DNA from: Octopus sinensis
Taxonomy: Eukaryota
Length of the DNA: 40,906 nucleotides
Assembly (NCBI RefSeq): GCF_006345805.1
Contig: NW_021835357.1
Location: 1 to 40,906, forward strand
Direction: 5' to 3'
The translations under genes were made by a program, and so were the position numbers. Below are positions 36,457 to 40,906 of the stretch, piece by piece. The notes under the pieces were generated by a model. That model saw only the letters and a program-made list of their open reading frames with translations. It did not search any database and was not told where the DNA came from. Positions within the stretch are counted from its first letter, which is position 1, and the number at the start of each line of letters is the position of its first letter.

Positions 36457-36606
36457 CAGTGTTTGGTGTTCTGCTATGTTCCCGATGTGACTCTCGAAAA
36501 GACTCGTTTTACAAAGAATGTGAACAGACTCCACCGGCACCCAGCCCATGCCCTCAGCACTCGCATAGCCTTTACTGTTCGATTGTAAGAGAAACCGATC
36601 CTAACG
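36457..36606 (+). CDS. Internal coding exon of a secreted or GPI-anchored cysteine-rich protein; N-terminal half of a Ly6/uPAR three-finger (quiver/sleepless-like) domain
   Basis: Branch-like ttctaat, pyrimidine tract, NAGNAG acceptor (ttgcag|cag) and donor G|GTGAGT. Length 150 nt, phase 1-1, only one open frame: xVFGVLLCSRCDSRKDSFYKECEQTPPAPSPCPQHSHSLYCSIVRETDPN(G), i.e. C-x2-C-x10-C-x9-C-x8-C. Confidence 0.62.
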
Positions 36607-36724
36607 GTGAGTAAAGACATATTCCTGCCATTATTGGAACCAATCGGGTGAAATAGTTACATGCAAGAATTTTTATAATTTATAGCAAAGGACTGAGGCA
36701 CGCACTTTATCGCTTGCGATTCAT

Positions 36725-36775
36725 TACACACACACATGCACACACAACAAATTCATATATATATATATATATATA

Positions 36776-36818
<43 letters not shown>

Positions 36819-36893
36819 TAATAAAAATAATAATAATATCCATAGATGGAATTTATAACTACTTAATGCCATCACTATATATATATATATATC

Positions 36894-36925
<32 letters not shown>
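36725..36925. repeat. (CA)/(TA)n microsatellite
   Basis: Direct. Confidence 0.9.
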
Positions 36926-37140
36926 TCCATTACAAGGAAACTACCTCTCTTATAAGGATGCATAACATCCAGTTTTCACTGGTTAACTGATAATACCTAA
37001 TATTGTAGAAAAAGTTTCCCTAATTCGAACGGCTGTATATACACAATATGTAATAATAAAAGGAAACGGAGAGTTTAACCTGGTATATGTTAATGTGTTA
37101 ACATATTATTATTATTGTTATTATTATCATTATTATTATT

Positions 37141-37428
37141 AGAACTTAGATAAAACTTAGATATGTTTCGACCAGAGATTGGTCCAGGCCATGTCTAACT
37201 TAATAGCGCCACCTGATAGGATTATTCGAATCCTGTTTAAGTCAAGTTTTGTTCAAGTAGTGAGTCCTTGTTGGGTGAGTTGTATCCAGTTTTGTTCAAG
37301 TAGTGAGTTCTTGTTGGGTGAGTTGTATCCAATTATGGGTGGCTTATCTGGTATTCTTTGAAGGAATCTATCCAGACACTGTTTAAAGTTGATGGGATCC
37401 TTTTCCTCTTTGATCTCCCTCGGGACAA

Positions 37429-37432
<4 letters not shown>
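37141..37432 (-). mobile_element. 5'-truncated CR1-group LINE, same family as 6368-6946, inserted in (ATT)n, with a 43-bp internal tandem duplication
   Basis: IVPREIKEEKDPINFKQCLDRFLQRIPDKPPIIGYNSPNKNSLLEQN; tail (tatctaagtt)2; duplication 37245-37287 and 37288-37330. Confidence 0.9.
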
Positions 37433-37461
<29 letters not shown>

Positions 37462-37464
<3 letters not shown>

Positions 37465-37620
37465 GATATGATCCCCACAACTGTTTCGACTCAAGTCCCA
37501 AAAACTGACTGGAAATTTATAAAAATTCATATTATGGAAGTATTTTGAGTAAGAATCTCATCAGGGTAAACGGGAAGAAAATCACATAAGTTTGAAATCG
37601 TAAAACAAACTGATTCAATA
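37462..37620 (-). mobile_element. Probable Penelope-like terminal region with a degenerate hammerhead core
   Basis: Minus strand CTGATGA (37558-37564), GATTC...GAGTC stem and GAAAC (37483-37487), ending in TA/TAA repeats. Stem I pairing is poor. Confidence 0.4.
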
Positions 37621-38367
37621 TATGTTTATGTTTGTAAGCGTGAACGCCAATAATTAAATCTTTAAAAAATAATAAAATCATATAGAATAAAGTAAATTTC
37701 TGCGCGTTAGCATTTTATAACAGAATCAATCCGTTATTAATCTTTTGTCAAACAGTAAGTATTCACTTTCATTTCTATACTGTTAAGAAAATTACTACAC
37801 GCAGAAGAAAATCTTCTTAATAATATTACAATTAATATTATAAATTATACTATAGTCATTATTAATCATTTATTACCCATACTAATGTGTACGTGAAGAA
37901 TTTAATCAAAATTTACTTAGTTTTGTTAAAAAGGAAATAAACTCATATAAATATATTATATGTAAGTATCTATGCGTTCGGAAGAAATAAAAGAACCGCA
38001 AAACACGTATTATCATAAAAGAAATTTACTACAAAAAATTTGGTTTTTTCATAAAAATTTATTCAGAAAAATACCCAAATCCTCATCAAGCCTACACTTA
38101 ACAACGTAAACACCTTTAGATTTAGTCTGCTTCAGAATTTCAAACTTCTCATATGTGATTTTAGTACTCGAAATATTTCCATAATATGGATTTTTATAAA
38201 TTTGTTGTAGGTTCTTGGGTTTGAATCGAAACAATTGTAGGGATTATATTTATTTTTGTATTATAATAATAATATATTATATGATTAATTAACATATGTC
38301 AGTTTAAATTCTCCATTTTCCTATTATTATCACACATATATATATATATGTGTGTATGTATGTGTGT

Positions 38368-38422
<55 letters not shown>

Positions 38423-38449
38423 GTGTGTGTGTGTGTGCGTGCATATATA

Positions 38450-38540
38450 TTGGGTCATCCCATAAGTTCTGTGCGATTTTACCTTTTATAAAATTGTTTT
38501 CTCTATTGAAAATTCGGACAGAACTTATGGGGTAACCTGA
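38450..38540. mobile_element. Tc1/mariner-type MITE, 91 bp, about 30-bp TIRs, TA target duplication
   Basis: TA|ttgggtcatcccataagttctgtgcgatt compared with right-end reverse complement TA|tcaggttaccccataagttctgtccgaat. Confidence 0.75.
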
Positions 38541-38706
38541 TATATATATATATGTTTGCGACATATTTCAATTTCTAAAGGCAAATTCACTTTTGTAACT
38601 ACGAAATAATTACATCTGCCCAGTGCTGCCCACTATCGTATCAGCAGACGGGTTTCTAGCACTTTCCATTCATTCATTCATACATACATACATACACACA
38701 CACATA

Positions 38707-38990
38707 TCATCATCATCATTGTTTGACCGTGGTCGAGACAATGGAATTTACCATGCTACGCCAGGCTTCACGGTCCATCATGGCATTACGGACGTCGGTC
38801 GTCCTGTTGTTGGATGCCTGGTCCTGGAGATTACCAGGGTAGGAGAGTGTGCGCCCTCTGGTATTGCGAGTAGATGGCTTCCAGAGGAGGAGAGTAGAAA
38901 TTACCTCTTTTTCAGCTCTACAACAATGTCCTGCAAACTGGACTCTCTTACCTTTCACAAGAGATGACACAGGTGGTAGTTTCCCATATA
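38707..38990 (-). mobile_element. RTE-clade LINE 3' fragment with (TGA)n tail
   Basis: YGKLPPVSSLVKGKRVQFAGHCCRAEKEVISTLLLWKPSTRNTRGRTLSYP...RNAMMDREAWRSMV* followed by tgatgatga. Confidence 0.82.
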
Positions 38991-39383
38991 CATATACGCA
39001 CATCCTGAACTAGAAAGGAAATATTGAGCTGTATCCATTACACATGAGACAAAAGCCGCTGAGACAGAAGTTTCCCACAGTCGTTCTGGTAAAACAAGGA
39101 ACACAGTGCTAGAAACGAGACACACAGTATCGGGGCGGTGTTTGAACACGGATCTGCTCGATCAGGGCCAACCACCTGGGAATAATTATCGACATTAAAG
39201 CAACAATAACCAGCACTAATACCACCACCGCTGCTGCTACTACTACTACTACTACTACTACTACATCTCTGTATATCATATATATACAGAAAGATATACA
39301 TATAGAAATATATATGTGTTGTCTGTGTGTGTATGTATATGCACATATATATATATATATATATATCTACAGACTCGATGCTT

Positions 39384-39430
<47 letters not shown>

Positions 39431-39907
39431 AGCGTCGAGTCTGTAATATATATTTTTACATATTTATACACACACATACATACATAAATGTGTGTGTGCA
39501 TATATGTATATGGCATTTCATCTTACTATCGTAATTGACTTCCTGTATGAAACCAGTTTGCTGTTTTCTATCACGATATTTTGATTATTAATCGATTTTA
39601 TATCCTGCTCAATCATACGCGAAACTCGCCTCAATAGTACGCATGTGCACTTTTTATGTGTTCAGCGTAGCAAATGAGAGTTTATATTATCGTCATCAGC
39701 GTCATTAACTTGTCTATGTTAATCCGGATTTCCTGTCTCTTAACACGCTATATGCACACTTAATCTATGGAGCTTTTCTATCCGAACGATACATGGATCC
39801 GATTTATTTCATACCATAAAATATATAATACGCAAGACATGTTATATAATGTCTACACAACTAAAGAACGTTATCAATAAATCTATCCTTGTATTCGTCA
39901 GTTGGTA

Positions 39908-40125
39908 CTGGCAAGGCTGTGTGGTTAATAAGTCCGTTTGGTGGACGCGTGATTTCCAGTTCGATCTGATTGCGTGGTACCTCGGTCAAGCATGTCTTTC
40001 TGCAATCTCGCGATTAAATGTCCAAAGCACAATCGTATGTATACATCGGTGTGGCTGCGTGGCAAGAACACTTGGTTCCAGGTTCAGTTCGACTGCGTGT
40101 AACTGAGGAAAAGCTTCGGGGCAAC
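39908..40125 (+). mobile_element. Two decayed family D-like SINE heads
   Basis: ggctgtgtggtt...ccagttcgatc..ttgcgtggtacctcggtcaag, and gtggctgcgtggcaag...ggttccaggttcagttcgactgcgtg. Confidence 0.5.
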
Positions 40126-40296
40126 GTATGTATGTATGTATGTATGTATGTATGTATGTATGCATGCATGTATGTATGTATGTATGTATGTGTGTATGTG
40201 TGTATGTATGTATGTATGCATGCATGTATGTATGTATGTATGTATGTATGTATGCATGCATGTATGTATGTATGCATGTATGTATGTATGTATGTA

Positions 40297-40342
<46 letters not shown>
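40125..40342. repeat. (TATG)n/(TA)n microsatellite
   Basis: Direct. Confidence 0.95.
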
Positions 40343-40345
<3 letters not shown>

Positions 40346-40906
40346 GGCTGTGAGGTGTGCTTATGTGTGTAGTCAAACGGCACCCGCTGTTCAGGATTTC
40401 CCCTTCCCTACCACTTACCAGTTCGACAAACAATATCGACTAAATAATAACTGATTGAAATAAGAATTATATTCTAAGCAACCGTTTCAAACTTTTGAAA
40501 GCAGCACCTCATCAGGGATGGACTCCAGTAAGAGAAATTCCTAAATAAACCGTAGTTTCAGTTTTAACATTCCCGAATATATAAATAATTCTGTTTATAA
40601 CGTGTAGTATTATTTATGTTATTTATTTCACCATTTTATTCTAAAGGGAATCTACTCGAAGTTAAAGATTTGAGAGAATCCACTTGTGGGTTTTTAAAGC
40701 TATTTCCCCGAAAGATTTCCTGCACTTATAAATTCTTCCGGTTATTTGAAAGTGTAAAATCGATACTAAAACATCTATTAGATGTTTAGATATTTCAATG
40801 ACGTCATATGATTTATTGTAAAATGATAGGAAAAATAACGTAACAAACCAAGATATATTAATTAATTGATAGATATTGCACATTTAATGGTTAATTATGG
40901 TCTAGA

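Noticed and set aside
40473-40520. Minus-strand CTGATGA...GAAACGGTT near the window end
   Set aside because: Stem II and stem I do not pair. The upstream ORF 40662-40883 shows no recognisable GIY-YIG or RT motif.

Overview
Eukaryotic, AT-rich, non-coding-dominated DNA, most likely from an octopus (coleoid cephalopod). This taxon call is inferred from the extreme microsatellite load and SINE families I recognise from memory, not from a search. Roughly a third of the window is simple repeats ((TA)n, (CA)n, (GATA)n, (ATT)n, (GAA)n, (GGT)n), which explains almost all ORFs in the supplied track. The rest holds at least five tRNA-headed SINE families (my working labels A-E), fragments of CR1-, R4/Dong- and RTE-clade LINEs, a decayed DD37D Tc1/mariner transposase, hAT- and mariner-type MITEs and Penelope-like terminal-repeat pieces. 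The only host-gene signal is one 150-nt phase 1-1 exon (36457-36606, + strand, missing from the ORF track). It encodes a five-cysteine pattern like the N-terminal half of a Ly6/uPAR three-finger (quiver/sleepless-like) domain. The best leads are: (i) a minimal type-I hammerhead-like RNA with a non-canonical CUGUCGA(A) core at 32143-32180 (-); (ii) head-to-tail SINE arrays built from the same 184-bp 5'-truncated monomer at two loci; (iii) a Dong/R4 element lacking both its RT core and its endonuclease, split by a nested CR1 with a 6-bp TSD; (iv) a SINE tail shared with a (TATC)n-tailed retroposon; (v) local inverted duplications. There is no prokaryotic system, CRISPR array, rRNA or real tRNA gene. 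I cannot claim that any item is a new biological system without the checks listed.
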